Shown here: in pieces, positions 40,601 to 48,627 of the stretch
Numbering within the stretch: the stretch's first letter is position 1
Layout: each line of letters opens with the position of its first letter
Assembly: GCA_027490055.1 (NCBI GenBank)
Contig: JAIXYV010000106.1
Coordinates: forward strand, 30,802-94,801
Direction of reading: 5' to 3'
DNA length: 64,000 bases
Origin: Bacteroidota bacterium
GTDB lineage: Bacteria > Bacteroidota > Bacteroidia > NS11-12g > UBA955
Notes under the pieces: generated by a model
The model's input: only the letters and a program-made list of their open reading frames with translations
The model's database searches: none
What the model was told of the DNA's origin: nothing
Position numbers and translations under genes: made by a program

Positions 40601-41883
40601 CATTAACTAAACAAGCCATAGTGTATCCTCGAATTGTACCTTCATTTAAGGTATCGGATACTTGTGTATCGGCAATGGCAGTGATAAGAGACCGGTCCAC
40701 ATTTGTCAATACCGGAATCAGTCGCTGGGTATACGATTTTGGTAATGGCGATTCGGCCTTTATCAGCAATCCATTTTATCAGTACTCAGCACCTGGCACT
40801 TATACTATAAGACAAACAGTTACCAGCAGAGAAGGATGCGTTTATGACACTACAGGTAAGGTGACTATTTATCCATTACCAAAACCTGATTTCAGAGATA
40901 CTAATAAGTGTGTCGATAACCAATTTAATTTCTTTTCAAAGTCGACCATAAGTTCGGGCACCATTAATACGTATAAATGGCATTTTGGGGACAATACCAA
41001 CTCTGTATTAAGAGATCCGGGTCATGTGTTTCCGGGAGCTGGCAACTATATAGTGAAGTTAATTGCGTCTAGTAATTTTGGCTGTGTCGATTCGATTGAA
41101 AAATCGATTGTAAGTTACCCTCCGGTACAGGTAAAATTTGGTGTTTACAATGTTTGTTTAGGAGACCCAATTGAATTTACCGATAGCAGTATCGTTCCGT
41201 CTTCGAGCATTAAACAGTACCAGTGGTGGTTTGGGGACAATGATACCTCTATGCAAAAGCAACCTTGGCACACCTATAAAACCGACGACACATTTAAAGT
41301 AAAACTGAGGATCACAACAGCTTATGATTGTGATTACGATAGCAGCACAACACTCACTGTTTATCCGGTGCCAACAGCAAATTTCAAGACCGATCCAGAT
41401 CAGGGTACCATAGTTAATCCAGAGATCCAGATTACAGATTTTAGTACTGGCGCAGATACCTTGATTTATGACTTAGGGGATGGTACTTTCTCAATGATGA
41501 GAAACCTTGTAAACAGTTATCCGGATAGTGGTACATTTACCTTGAGACAAACAGTATGGAACACCTTTGGTTGTCGGGATACCTTTATAAAAACAATTAC
41601 TATACGCTACTTATTCGTATTCAATACACCAACGGCATTTAGTCCAAATAACGATGGAATTAATGATGTATTTGCCCCTGGTGGGATAGGCTATACCAAA
41701 TATTCTATGTGGATTTATAACCGCTGGGGTGAAATGATCTATGAAACAACCGACGGTAAGGGTTGGGATGGTACCTATGCTGGAGAAGATGTCATGACGG
41801 ATGTCTATGCCGTTAGGTATAAAGTCAAAGATTTTAAGGGAAGGAATCACTATTACAGTGCTACCTTTACTTTGTTGAGATAG
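34621..41883 (+). CDS. Giant cell-surface protein (2420 aa): signal peptide, ~1500-aa Cys-rich N-terminal region of unknown fold, ~9 tandem PKD-type domains and a T9SS type B sorting domain
   Basis: The C-terminus ...FSPNNDGINDVFAPGG...IYNRWGEMIYET..GWDGTYAGEDVMTDVYAVRY is a type B sorting domain. Repeated ~85-aa units of the form ...F..GD....(N/S)....HxY...G.Y.V.L......C.D.. are PKD-like. Confidence 0.8.
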   Translation: MKKKYFSKNTFFLFCSLFMALIINAQGNRLSFVVTGPKNLSICGVNDSAFVEAYNISSGPVNNITIKLILPSGINYVKGSFFGTGISEANVTNLNQPIFNVPNLLLAKNTKFRVLLTADCNLLTFLNNSSTPTVSLRADYTGNFDVGSSIPYSVRVPSVQYGTVTNLSYTGDVATKFTRSITIGNYGKGPLREIKLTRYNGKDIQTFFVNKGNTVYKGDTVITTFNTNHFKTVGNLDTFLDQNETITFTDSNLIKACKLLNTNFELSWGCGGKSCQVSKLSGSALISNKTPTLKAIPLPVYPTCYNNNTFKSEVRFVNIGNMPAIAPRLAISSNYYYMFSSFDTGSIRMKVGFKGTWYKPIKDSTTGSYNLGYYGCIGLYPIGLFRVKCPDLKPNDTVYLTWNTISCTPPPCSNASMVVNSWAYYADFKDQCKNLKTVPWAWGKVYDQHYFTGSTFSPTDLIANQTGEFRTYINSASLLNRNSSASYIVDIILPKGLTHSKQKKDFYFINSDLTANWNPDSIVQKGDTVRAYFPHPVPINLTGAELVYYLKADCSKSGANGNQNITTQIRYIPDRTCGSKEWIFLYCQTQQIKIHCISNCAGGMKFRNFKVQRISFGRPDNDNDGKPDASGSLDTLRVREERCIYGDTIQAEYFGIVKRTSSIITWRNAYIESTITNGRNLDVAGIQLLVWRRGVTLSLNCNQIKSWKTVSGTTATFKIDISTDSMPNCVSSGFRYSNDDSVVVKVKYRVNGNLGATIQNLNFSNRFYTSNVNNPTSNTNKFQCDTFSGQMILAGYFFTTCCSDNYQLNSCGTVSVNNYFYLGLGGNSYGGNNYFPYEYRNFAKLRSIRFYMPAGMKMKNAYIGQYRTSGSNRTTLETKDSLRPLNINANPMVFEVGKFFKDSTGGVINLSDDGFHGYFVAQMDPTCEIQTGDPNLIKYDFVFERKGIFGNTLDTISSGFTDKLIYNKPVFTVKPVSPTIYAAQDTAEWELVFTNYSASFSNTNSWFAPDNSGAIKVVQIRDGGTKDTLMPSKNGVYKLGTIPFNTTRKFKVRAIYNSCKKDSVILYAGWNCAGYPNDLASYPCVKERIPLYLEPQNTQYQVTLTDSVRVADLCASTPYTMTIENIGATAGYSTKAIINLPIGMTVDPGSCYIRYPHKNAKSSLSNPVLKSGTTYEWNLSGLNTTIANGFKGVSDTNKNKIIIYFRVKTSCDYSSGNYIRASASGNIKCGDPIMVYPAISNPLNIKGVTRPYYTLLKVESDSIFPCEKPSKVRVKIINLGPGKTGSEDKYQAILVPGLSYNSSMYTASYNAPVDSLTTTRNINGATEVEFSLRDSIQPGDSMYFDFGFNSDGRFLNCGTVDLYSQAAVKQEVTCVSNNSKCKINVVTGNNLLKPTVVKGSVGFSGLKTKILSTANDSEILSMQYRITNTSFRIASPNTIVYKLVYDKNSSGTVNSGDIVAFTDTIKTGLGKNNFTDITKTIKVKAGQSCALFIALDSASCSCGFAYAKFPVPGLQNAGIDQSLCSGDTIKLGVTKVNGYRYLWTPGSEFISDTVAQPVAVMENTDSAGIFKNYILTTYRGFCNSKDTVKVEIYKLPALRLLQKDTSICDGNQVVLKAVSKGGTGLHTIKWSPAKTVKDSTKFTTSTKPLKTQTYVASIVDAKQCKAKDSMRIVVYQNPIAKFTYPETCLNLPLLLSDSSKVSGDTISLRKWNFNGIDTTQIKDWLIDLQGNSDALVSLTIRSGFGCEDTIVKTVYLNPYVVADFSTKDVCFGDSVKFVNLSTLSKGVIQSNIWDFGDAITSVKTQTKHLYNAADTYQVKLISISDKNCNDTIAKSVIVYPRPSTAFSISNVCLKDSIHAFNSSTIVNDSITSQWWYINKDTISQQHLTYLLSYDTSYILTLKTSTAFGCRDSLSKSVEVYTNPKALFNVNPVCEGKKSTVISSSSIRKGAISSYNYAVSDGNSFTNQNFVHQFAKGDTFDIRLIVTSSNNCRDTLTKQAIVYPRIVPSFKVSDTCVSAMAVIRDRSTFVNTGISRWVYDFGNGDSAFISNPFYQYSAPGTYTIRQTVTSREGCVYDTTGKVTIYPLPKPDFRDTNKCVDNQFNFFSKSTISSGTINTYKWHFGDNTNSVLRDPGHVFPGAGNYIVKLIASSNFGCVDSIEKSIVSYPPVQVKFGVYNVCLGDPIEFTDSSIVPSSSIKQYQWWFGDNDTSMQKQPWHTYKTDDTFKVKLRITTAYDCDYDSSTTLTVYPVPTANFKTDPDQGTIVNPEIQITDFSTGADTLIYDLGDGTFSMMRNLVNSYPDSGTFTLRQTVWNTFGCRDTFIKTITIRYLFVFNTPTAFSPNNDGINDVFAPGGIGYTKYSMWIYNRWGEMIYETTDGKGWDGTYAGEDVMTDVYAVRYKVKDFKGRNHYYSATFTLLR

Positions 41884-41914
41884 CAGCTCATTTTTCTATT
41901 TCACTTTAATATTG

Positions 41915-41922
41915 TATATTTG
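41915..41922 (+). promoter_or_regulatory. -7 box TATATTTG upstream of the small T9SS cargo gene
   Basis: The sequence matches TAnnTTTG. Confidence 0.4.
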
Positions 41923-41932
41923 CAATACAACA

Positions 41933-42547
41933 TTGAAAAGCAAATATTTAAAGATTAAGTTTTTAACTGTTTTTTTGTTTTGGGTATGTGCACTTAATGC
42001 ACAGTTTACACCAAAATTGAATCGTTTCAGTGCTCAGCACAGAGACGGAATAGTGTATCTCGACTGGGTGATGTCCAGTGGAAGTGTTTGCCTTGGAATT
42101 TCAATAGAGAAGAGTGAAGATTCCATCAATTTCAAAGAGATTGGAAGTATCAGTGGTTTTTGTGGCAATTTAACGAAGCCTATGTCTTATGCTTTTCAGG
42201 ATGAATCACCCTTACTTAATAAAAAAATATACTACCGTTTAAGCTATCCTGGATTAGGCCATTCTCACTATATCAGCATTGTTGTCATCGATGTCAAAAA
42301 GAACGATTATGAGGTAAATCCCAATCCTTCATCAGGCCTTTCAAAAATCAATTTTTACAATCCCAAAGGCGAATTGCATCATATAAAAGTACTTAATTTA
42401 TCAGGTGTTGAGGTATTAAAGTTAGAAACCACTAACGAAGTATTTGAGATAGAATCCGGCTTATTGGAAGCGGGTATTTATCAGTTTATGATCTTCAACG
42501 ATTCGCTCAGCAATGTTGTCAACGGACGCCTGATTATTGCTCAGTGA
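41933..42547 (+). CDS. Small secreted protein (~204 aa, TTG start) with a T9SS type A C-terminal sorting domain
   Basis: The signal peptide is KSKYLKIKFLTVFLFWVCALNA. The C-terminus ...VNPNPSSGLSKINF...GIYQFMIFNDSLSNVVNGRLIIAQ is a Por secretion tail. Confidence 0.65.
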   Translation: MKSKYLKIKFLTVFLFWVCALNAQFTPKLNRFSAQHRDGIVYLDWVMSSGSVCLGISIEKSEDSINFKEIGSISGFCGNLTKPMSYAFQDESPLLNKKIYYRLSYPGLGHSHYISIVVIDVKKNDYEVNPNPSSGLSKINFYNPKGELHHIKVLNLSGVEVLKLETTNEVFEIESGLLEAGIYQFMIFNDSLSNVVNGRLIIAQ

Positions 42548-42550
42548 TTG

Positions 42551-43375
42551 TTAATTTCCAACCAATAAATTCATAGCAGCTTTCAGGCTGCATTTCTGGT
42601 ATTTTGAATAAGCTTCTGCGGCTTTAATTCTAATAGCCTGATGACTTTGTTTTTTGCAGTAAGCAACAATAGCATCGTGAACGGTATAGGCCTCCGGGCA
42701 CATTAATCCGGTGGTCCATACCAGGGCATTTCCACCTGCCTTAATAATAAAAGGTTTAAAGTAATCGCGACTCCTGCAGGCCAGAATAATACAATCTCTT
42801 TTTTTGCCATCGGTATTATAGATGGAATCGGTAATGTCAAAATCCATAAGTCCATCATGACCGATATAGGCTATCAGTTGAGCATTGCCATTAGTACCAA
42901 TAACTTTTTGATTATAGTGGATGGTATCTTTAAGTTGACCAGATACACTGTAAAGGAAATCTCTGGTGCAATTTTTAATATAGCGACCGTTATAGGCATC
43001 TGCCAGCAGGAATTTGCCAGTACTTAAGTGCTGAAAAAGCAATCGTTCCAGCAAGATAGAATCCTTTGTGATAGAGTCATTGAGCGATATCTTTTTAAGC
43101 AATTTCCATTCAGTACTTTTTTTAAAGTAGGATTTTATGCCATAGCCACAACCCCAGTATAGATTTGAATTAGGCTGGTTGCCCATGCCAATTTTTGCAG
43201 GAACAGGAACGATGCCCTGGTATTCATTATCACACAGAGCAACCAGAATATGTACTGAGGGAATGATTGTATCACGATTATGAATGTTTTTAGGGCTTGG
43301 GTGCTCTGAAGATTGAGCACCGAGCAAATGAAATTGAAACAGAAGAAAATAAATACCAAGTAAAAACTTATGCAT
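42551..43375 (-). CDS. Hypothetical secreted protein (274 aa) with no family assignment possible from sequence
   Basis: The product has a signal peptide (LLGIYFLLFQFHLLGAQS) and conserved-looking Cys/His/Asp positions, but no motif I can place. Confidence 0.45.
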   Translation of the reverse strand: MHKFLLGIYFLLFQFHLLGAQSSEHPSPKNIHNRDTIIPSVHILVALCDNEYQGIVPVPAKIGMGNQPNSNLYWGCGYGIKSYFKKSTEWKLLKKISLNDSITKDSILLERLLFQHLSTGKFLLADAYNGRYIKNCTRDFLYSVSGQLKDTIHYNQKVIGTNGNAQLIAYIGHDGLMDFDITDSIYNTDGKKRDCIILACRSRDYFKPFIIKAGGNALVWTTGLMCPEAYTVHDAIVAYCKKQSHQAIRIKAAEAYSKYQKCSLKAAMNLLVGN

Positions 43376-43440
43376 ACCACCAATAACGCTTTATCGAGTT
43401 AAAAATTGCCAATAAGTGACTTGAAAAATAGCAGGAATTG

Positions 43441-43448
43441 TATCTTTG
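43441..43448 (+). promoter_or_regulatory. -7 box TATCTTTG ending 4 nt before the rarA ATG (possible leaderless or near-leaderless mRNA)
   Basis: The sequence matches TAnnTTTG immediately adjacent to the start codon. Confidence 0.4.
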
Positions 43449-43452
43449 CAAC

Positions 43453-44712
43453 ATGCAACATGTACCATTAGCTGAGCGGGTAAGACCAAGACGCCTTGAA
43501 GATTATATTGGGCAGGAACACCTTACGGGTCATGGAGCACCTTTAAAGAATTATTTAGATTCGGGTACTATTCCAAGTATGATTTTCTGGGGACCACCCG
43601 GCGTTGGAAAGACAACTCTGGCGCGAATAATCGGAGAAACTCTTCAGTTACCCTATGTGCAATTAAGTGCCATCAATGCTGGTGTTGCAGATGTCAGAAA
43701 AATTATTGCAGATTCGAAAGAACAGGGACGAATTTTATTGTTTCTGGATGAGATACACAGATTTAATAAAAGTCAGCAAGATGCTTTACTTGGAGCAGTT
43801 GAGTCAGGCAATATTTTACTGATTGGAGCAACAACAGAAAATCCATCATTTGAGGTTAACAATGCTTTGCTGTCCAGATGTCAGGTCTATGTTTTACAAG
43901 ATTTGAGTGCAGATAATTTATTGAGTATGGCGCAGCAAGCCATTAGCAAAGATGAATTTTTGCAATCTAAACAAACCAGTATTGCAGAGCATTCTGCCCT
44001 ATTGCAGTTTAGTGGCGGCGATGGCAGAAAACTACTCAATATCATCGATATGATAGCCATGCATGAGCAGGCACCAGTAGTGATAGATGACAATAAAGTG
44101 AAGAACATTCTTCAGAATAAACAAATAGTTTATGACAAAGCTGGAGAAGAGCATTACAACATCATTTCTGCTTTTATAAAAAGCATCAGAGGCAGTGATC
44201 CTAATGCGGCAGTTTATTATCTGGCAAGGATGCTGGAGGGTGGAGAAAAGCCAGAGTTTATAGCCAGAAGACTCTTGATACTAGCTTCAGAAGATATAGG
44301 AAATGCCAATCCAACGGCATTGGTCTTAGCCACCACAACAATGACGGCTGTTCAGACAATTGGTATGCCCGAGGGAAGAATCATACTATCACAATGCGCC
44401 ACTTATCTGGCATGCAGCATGAAAAGCAACGCCTCGTATCTGGCGATAAACAATGCCATGGAACTGGTTCAGAAGACAGGTGCCCTGGCCGTTCCGTTAC
44501 ATTTGCGAAATGCTCCAACCAAGTTGATGAAATCTATGGATTATGGTAAAGAATATGAATACGCTCATTCGCATCCGGGTAATTTTATTGAGCAGGAATT
44601 TTTACCAGATTCGATTCGTGGGGCAAAGTTTTTTGAACCAGGAAATAACGCCCGGGAAAATGAGATGCGAGACTTCTTAAAGAAACGCTGGAAAGACAAG
44701 TATGGATATTAG
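43453..44712 (+). CDS. rarA: Replication-associated recombination protein A (MgsA/RarA AAA+ ATPase)
   Basis: Motifs present are Walker A (GPPGVGKTTLARII), Walker B (ILFLDEIHRFNKSQQDALL), MgsA C-terminal helical domains (...ISAFIKSIRGSDPNAAVYYLARML...), and the MRPRxLxDxxGQxHL N-terminal motif (ERVRPRRLEDYIGQEHL). Confidence 0.9.
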   Translation: MQHVPLAERVRPRRLEDYIGQEHLTGHGAPLKNYLDSGTIPSMIFWGPPGVGKTTLARIIGETLQLPYVQLSAINAGVADVRKIIADSKEQGRILLFLDEIHRFNKSQQDALLGAVESGNILLIGATTENPSFEVNNALLSRCQVYVLQDLSADNLLSMAQQAISKDEFLQSKQTSIAEHSALLQFSGGDGRKLLNIIDMIAMHEQAPVVIDDNKVKNILQNKQIVYDKAGEEHYNIISAFIKSIRGSDPNAAVYYLARMLEGGEKPEFIARRLLILASEDIGNANPTALVLATTTMTAVQTIGMPEGRIILSQCATYLACSMKSNASYLAINNAMELVQKTGALAVPLHLRNAPTKLMKSMDYGKEYEYAHSHPGNFIEQEFLPDSIRGAKFFEPGNNARENEMRDFLKKRWKDKYGY

Positions 44713-44810
44713 AACTATCTAATATACAAGTCTTTATCTATTTATTTTAACACCTTAGGCTTTTATAAATCACCTTTTTGATTGTGGATGGAAAAACGAC
44801 AAAAAATCGT

Positions 44811-44818
44811 TACCTTTG
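44811..44818 (+). promoter_or_regulatory. -7 box TACCTTTG, 21 nt upstream of the ileS ATG
   Basis: The sequence matches TAnnTTTG. Confidence 0.45.
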
Positions 44819-44839
44819 CACATTTTATAAAATTTTAGC

Positions 44840-47800
44840 ATGTATCGCACTCTAAAACACGTTAACTGGCCGGCCATCGAGGAAGAGATTATGAAGCAAT
44901 GGGAGAAGGACAATACCTTCACCAGGAGTATTGAATCTCGTCCTGAGAGCAAGCGTTTTGTGTTTTACGAGGGTCCGCCCAGCGCTAATGGAATGCCTGG
45001 CATACATCACGTGATGGCCAGAGCAATCAAGGATGTATTTTGTCGTTACAAGACATTACAGGGATACAGAGTTGAGAGAAAAGGAGGCTGGGATACACAC
45101 GGACTTCCAATCGAATTACAAGTAGAGAAGCGTTTAGGCATCACAAAAGAAGACATCGGAAAAAGTATCAGTGTTGAGCAATACAACAAAGAATGCCGAA
45201 AAGATGTCATGGAATTTAAGGACAAGTGGGATGATTTGACAACCAAAATGGGTTATTGGGTCGACCTCGATCATCCTTACATCACATACGAGAACGATTA
45301 TATTGAAACACTTTGGCATTTGTTAAAACGCCTGCACGACAAAGGTTTTCTTTACAAGGGCCATACCATACAACCATTCAGTCCGGCTGCTGGTACAGGC
45401 CTCTCATCACACGAACTTAATCAACCTGGCACATACAAGCCGGTAAAAGATACAACAGCAGTTGCTCAGTTTAAAATAGAATCAGAAGATTTACAAAAGC
45501 TGAATACCTTGTACGGTTCTCATGCTTCAGAGGCATATTTTCTGGCATGGACAACCACACCTTGGACACTGCCTAGCAATACTGCCCTTGCGGTAGGAAA
45601 GAACATCGACTATGTCATGGTTAACACCTACAATCAGTACAGTCACCAAGCTGTAACCGTGATCTTAGCAGAGGCTTTATTAAGCAAGCATTTTAATCAA
45701 ACTGCAGCAGAACTTACTTTAAGCGATTACAAAGCGGGTGATAAACTAATTCCATTTGAAGTCATCGGCAAAGTGAAAGGTTCTGAACTGTCTGGCATTC
45801 GTTATGAGCAGTTACTGCCTTTTGAAGTAAATGCTAAAGACCAGATAGATGGTGATGCTTTTAAAGTTATCATTGGCGATTTTGTAACGACTGAAGACGG
45901 TACAGGTATAGTGCATATAGCACCGAGTTTTGGTGCTGACGACTTCAGGGTTGCCAAGCAGAACGGCATTGGGTCATTGACCATGGTAGACAAGCGCGGT
46001 AAGTTTCTCACAGGCATTCAAGACGGCGTGTTTCTGTATGGCGATGAATATGTCAAAGAAGACTATCTGAACGAAACAGAAAAGCAGTTAGCCACAGAGC
46101 AACAAAGATTGCATTTGCAGGGCTTTATGAAAGACACCAGCAAACTCAATTATCTCAGTGTAGACGATAGAATTGCTTTAAAACTTCAGAACGAAAACAA
46201 GTTATTTAAGAAGGAAAAATATGAGCATACTTATCCGCATTGCTGGAGAACAGATAAGCCAATTTTATATTATCCTTTAGAGAGCTGGTTTATCAAAACC
46301 ACAGCTGTAAAAGATAAATTAGTTGAATTCAATAAAACCATCAACTGGAAACCGGCATCAACCGGAGAGGGTAGATTTGGTAACTGGTTGGAGAATCTGG
46401 TAGACTGGAATTTAAGTCGCAGCAGATACTGGGGCACACCACTTCCAATCTGGAGAACAGAAGAAGGTAGCGAAGAGGTATGCATAGGTTCGGTTGATGA
46501 GCTATTTTCAGAAGTTGAAAAAGCGAATGCACAACTTGGATTGCAGCAGGTATTAAATCGCGATGATTTTGATTTGCACAAACCATTTGTCGATCAGATT
46601 ACATTAGTATCAGCCAGCGGTCAGCCTATGAAACGCGAGAGTGATTTGATAGATGTTTGGTTTGATAGTGGAGCAATGCCATATGCTCAATGGGGATTAA
46701 AGAACATGGATAAATGGGCTGAGAATTTTCCAGCTGATTTTATCGCAGAGGGAGTCGATCAGACAAGAGGCTGGTTCTTTACTTTACACGCCATTGCGGT
46801 TATGTTATTTGATTCGGTTGCCTACAAAAATGTAGTAGCAAACGGACTTGTACTGGACAAGAATGGCAACAAGATGAGCAAGCGTCTGGGCAATGCAATC
46901 GATCCGTTTACGACAATTTCTACCTATGGTGCTGATGCTACCAGATGGTATATGATGACCAATAGTGATCCATGGGACAATTTGAAATTTGACATTGAAG
47001 GGATAGGAGAGACTCAGAGAAAGTTCTTTGGAACTTTGTATAATACGTATTCATTCTTTGCCATTTATGCCAATATAGATCAGTACGAGTACAACAAAGC
47101 ATCGGTGTTAAATGTTAATGAGTTGAGCGAGTTAGATCGCTGGATTTTATCTAAACTTAATACTCTGGTTCAAATGGTGTGCAAGAGCATGGATGATTAT
47201 GATCCAACGCCTGCAGCAAGGGCAATAGAAACTTTTGTCTGCGACGATTTAAGTAATTGGTATGTTAGATTATCAAGACGTCGTTTCTGGAAGGGCGAGA
47301 TGAACAGCGATAAGCAGGCAGCGTATGATACTTTGCATACTTGTTTGACTACGGTTGCTCAGTTAGCCAGTCCGTATGCACCATTCTTTAGCGATTGGTT
47401 ATATGGCAGTTTGAATCCATCACTCAATGGCAGTTCGGTGCATCTGAGCGATATGACTGAAGTTAACTCAGTTTTAATCGACAAAGAACTTGAAGTGACC
47501 ATGCAATTGGCTCAGGACATTAGCAGCATGGTTTTAGGTTTAAGAAAGAAGCAGAACATCAGAGTGAGACAGCCATTGCAGAAAATCATGGTTCCTGCTA
47601 TGGATGCAGCCTTTAAGCAAAGATTAGAGCATGTTAAGGCCTTAATCCTGTCTGAAGTAAATATTAAAGAGATTGAGTATCTGGAGGCAGACAATGCCAT
47701 TTTAGTAAAAGGAATAAAACCTAATTTCAAGGCTCTTGGTCCGAAGATAGGAGCTAATATGAAGGCATTGACGGCTGCTGTAGCTGCAATGGATCAGGCT

Positions 47801-48229
47801 CAGATCAGAACCATCGAAACAGAAGGAAAGATAGCACTAAATCTGGGACAAACAGAGTTTGAACTCATCCTGGCCGATGTTGAAATTACATCACAAGACA
47901 TACCAGGCTGGTTAGTTAGCAGTTATAACGGACTGACTGTTGCTATGGATATTACTATTACAGAATCATTAAAGAAAGAAGGCATAGCGAGAGAGTTTGT
48001 AAACAGGTTACAGAATCTGCGTAAAGACACCGGATTAGATGTAACCGACAGAATAGCAGTGACAGTCGATACAGATGAAACCACACTAAATGCTATACTG
48101 GATTTTAAATTGTATATTTGCAGCGAAATTTTAGCAGATACTCTGATACCATCGGAAGGCATGTTAGAAGGAACTGAAATAGAAATAGAAGGCATTATCT
48201 GCAAAATAAAATTAGAAAAAAATGGCTAA
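44840..48229 (+). CDS. ileS: Isoleucine--tRNA ligase (long Bacteroidetes/eukaryote-like type, 1129 aa)
   Basis: The class I motifs are HIGH (PSANGMPGIHHVMARAIKD) and KMSKS (GNKMSKRLGN), and the editing domain is present. Confidence 0.93.
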   Translation: MYRTLKHVNWPAIEEEIMKQWEKDNTFTRSIESRPESKRFVFYEGPPSANGMPGIHHVMARAIKDVFCRYKTLQGYRVERKGGWDTHGLPIELQVEKRLGITKEDIGKSISVEQYNKECRKDVMEFKDKWDDLTTKMGYWVDLDHPYITYENDYIETLWHLLKRLHDKGFLYKGHTIQPFSPAAGTGLSSHELNQPGTYKPVKDTTAVAQFKIESEDLQKLNTLYGSHASEAYFLAWTTTPWTLPSNTALAVGKNIDYVMVNTYNQYSHQAVTVILAEALLSKHFNQTAAELTLSDYKAGDKLIPFEVIGKVKGSELSGIRYEQLLPFEVNAKDQIDGDAFKVIIGDFVTTEDGTGIVHIAPSFGADDFRVAKQNGIGSLTMVDKRGKFLTGIQDGVFLYGDEYVKEDYLNETEKQLATEQQRLHLQGFMKDTSKLNYLSVDDRIALKLQNENKLFKKEKYEHTYPHCWRTDKPILYYPLESWFIKTTAVKDKLVEFNKTINWKPASTGEGRFGNWLENLVDWNLSRSRYWGTPLPIWRTEEGSEEVCIGSVDELFSEVEKANAQLGLQQVLNRDDFDLHKPFVDQITLVSASGQPMKRESDLIDVWFDSGAMPYAQWGLKNMDKWAENFPADFIAEGVDQTRGWFFTLHAIAVMLFDSVAYKNVVANGLVLDKNGNKMSKRLGNAIDPFTTISTYGADATRWYMMTNSDPWDNLKFDIEGIGETQRKFFGTLYNTYSFFAIYANIDQYEYNKASVLNVNELSELDRWILSKLNTLVQMVCKSMDDYDPTPAARAIETFVCDDLSNWYVRLSRRRFWKGEMNSDKQAAYDTLHTCLTTVAQLASPYAPFFSDWLYGSLNPSLNGSSVHLSDMTEVNSVLIDKELEVTMQLAQDISSMVLGLRKKQNIRVRQPLQKIMVPAMDAAFKQRLEHVKALILSEVNIKEIEYLEADNAILVKGIKPNFKALGPKIGANMKALTAAVAAMDQAQIRTIETEGKIALNLGQTEFELILADVEITSQDIPGWLVSSYNGLTVAMDITITESLKKEGIAREFVNRLQNLRKDTGLDVTDRIAVTVDTDETTLNAILDFKLYICSEILADTLIPSEGMLEGTEIEIEGIICKIKLEKNG

Positions 48230-48623
48230 GAAAAAAGTAGAAGAAAAAGAAAAAACACGCTACAGCGACGTTGATCTGCAAGAGTTCAAGCAAATCATTT
48301 TAGGTAAGCTAGAAGTGGCAAAAGACGAATTTGGCAAAATGCAGAGATCGTTACAAAATCCGAATGAAAACGGAGATGAGAATACCTCTAACCAGTATTT
48401 GACACTGGATGATGGCGCCAGTACTTTTGAAAAAGAAAACTTGAATCAGCTGGCTGCCAGACAGAAGAAATTTATTGATAACCTTGAAGCGGCACTTATC
48501 AGAATTGAGAATAAGACTTATGGCGTATGCAGAGTTACAGGTAAGTTAATTCAGAAAGAAAGATTAAAAGCTGTACCACATGCTACTTTGAGCATGGAGG
48601 CAAAATTAAATCAATACAAATAG
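48222..48623 (+). CDS. DksA/TraR-family protein (133 aa) with a degenerate zinc finger carrying a single Cys; the start overlaps the ileS stop by 8 nt
   Basis: The coiled-coil N-terminus and C-terminal ...KTYGVCRVTGKLIQKERLKAVPHATLSMEAK resemble Bacteroidetes DksA-like proteins that lack the Cys4 motif. Confidence 0.7.
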   Translation: MAKKKVEEKEKTRYSDVDLQEFKQIILGKLEVAKDEFGKMQRSLQNPNENGDENTSNQYLTLDDGASTFEKENLNQLAARQKKFIDNLEAALIRIENKTYGVCRVTGKLIQKERLKAVPHATLSMEAKLNQYK

Positions 48624-48627
48624 TCGC

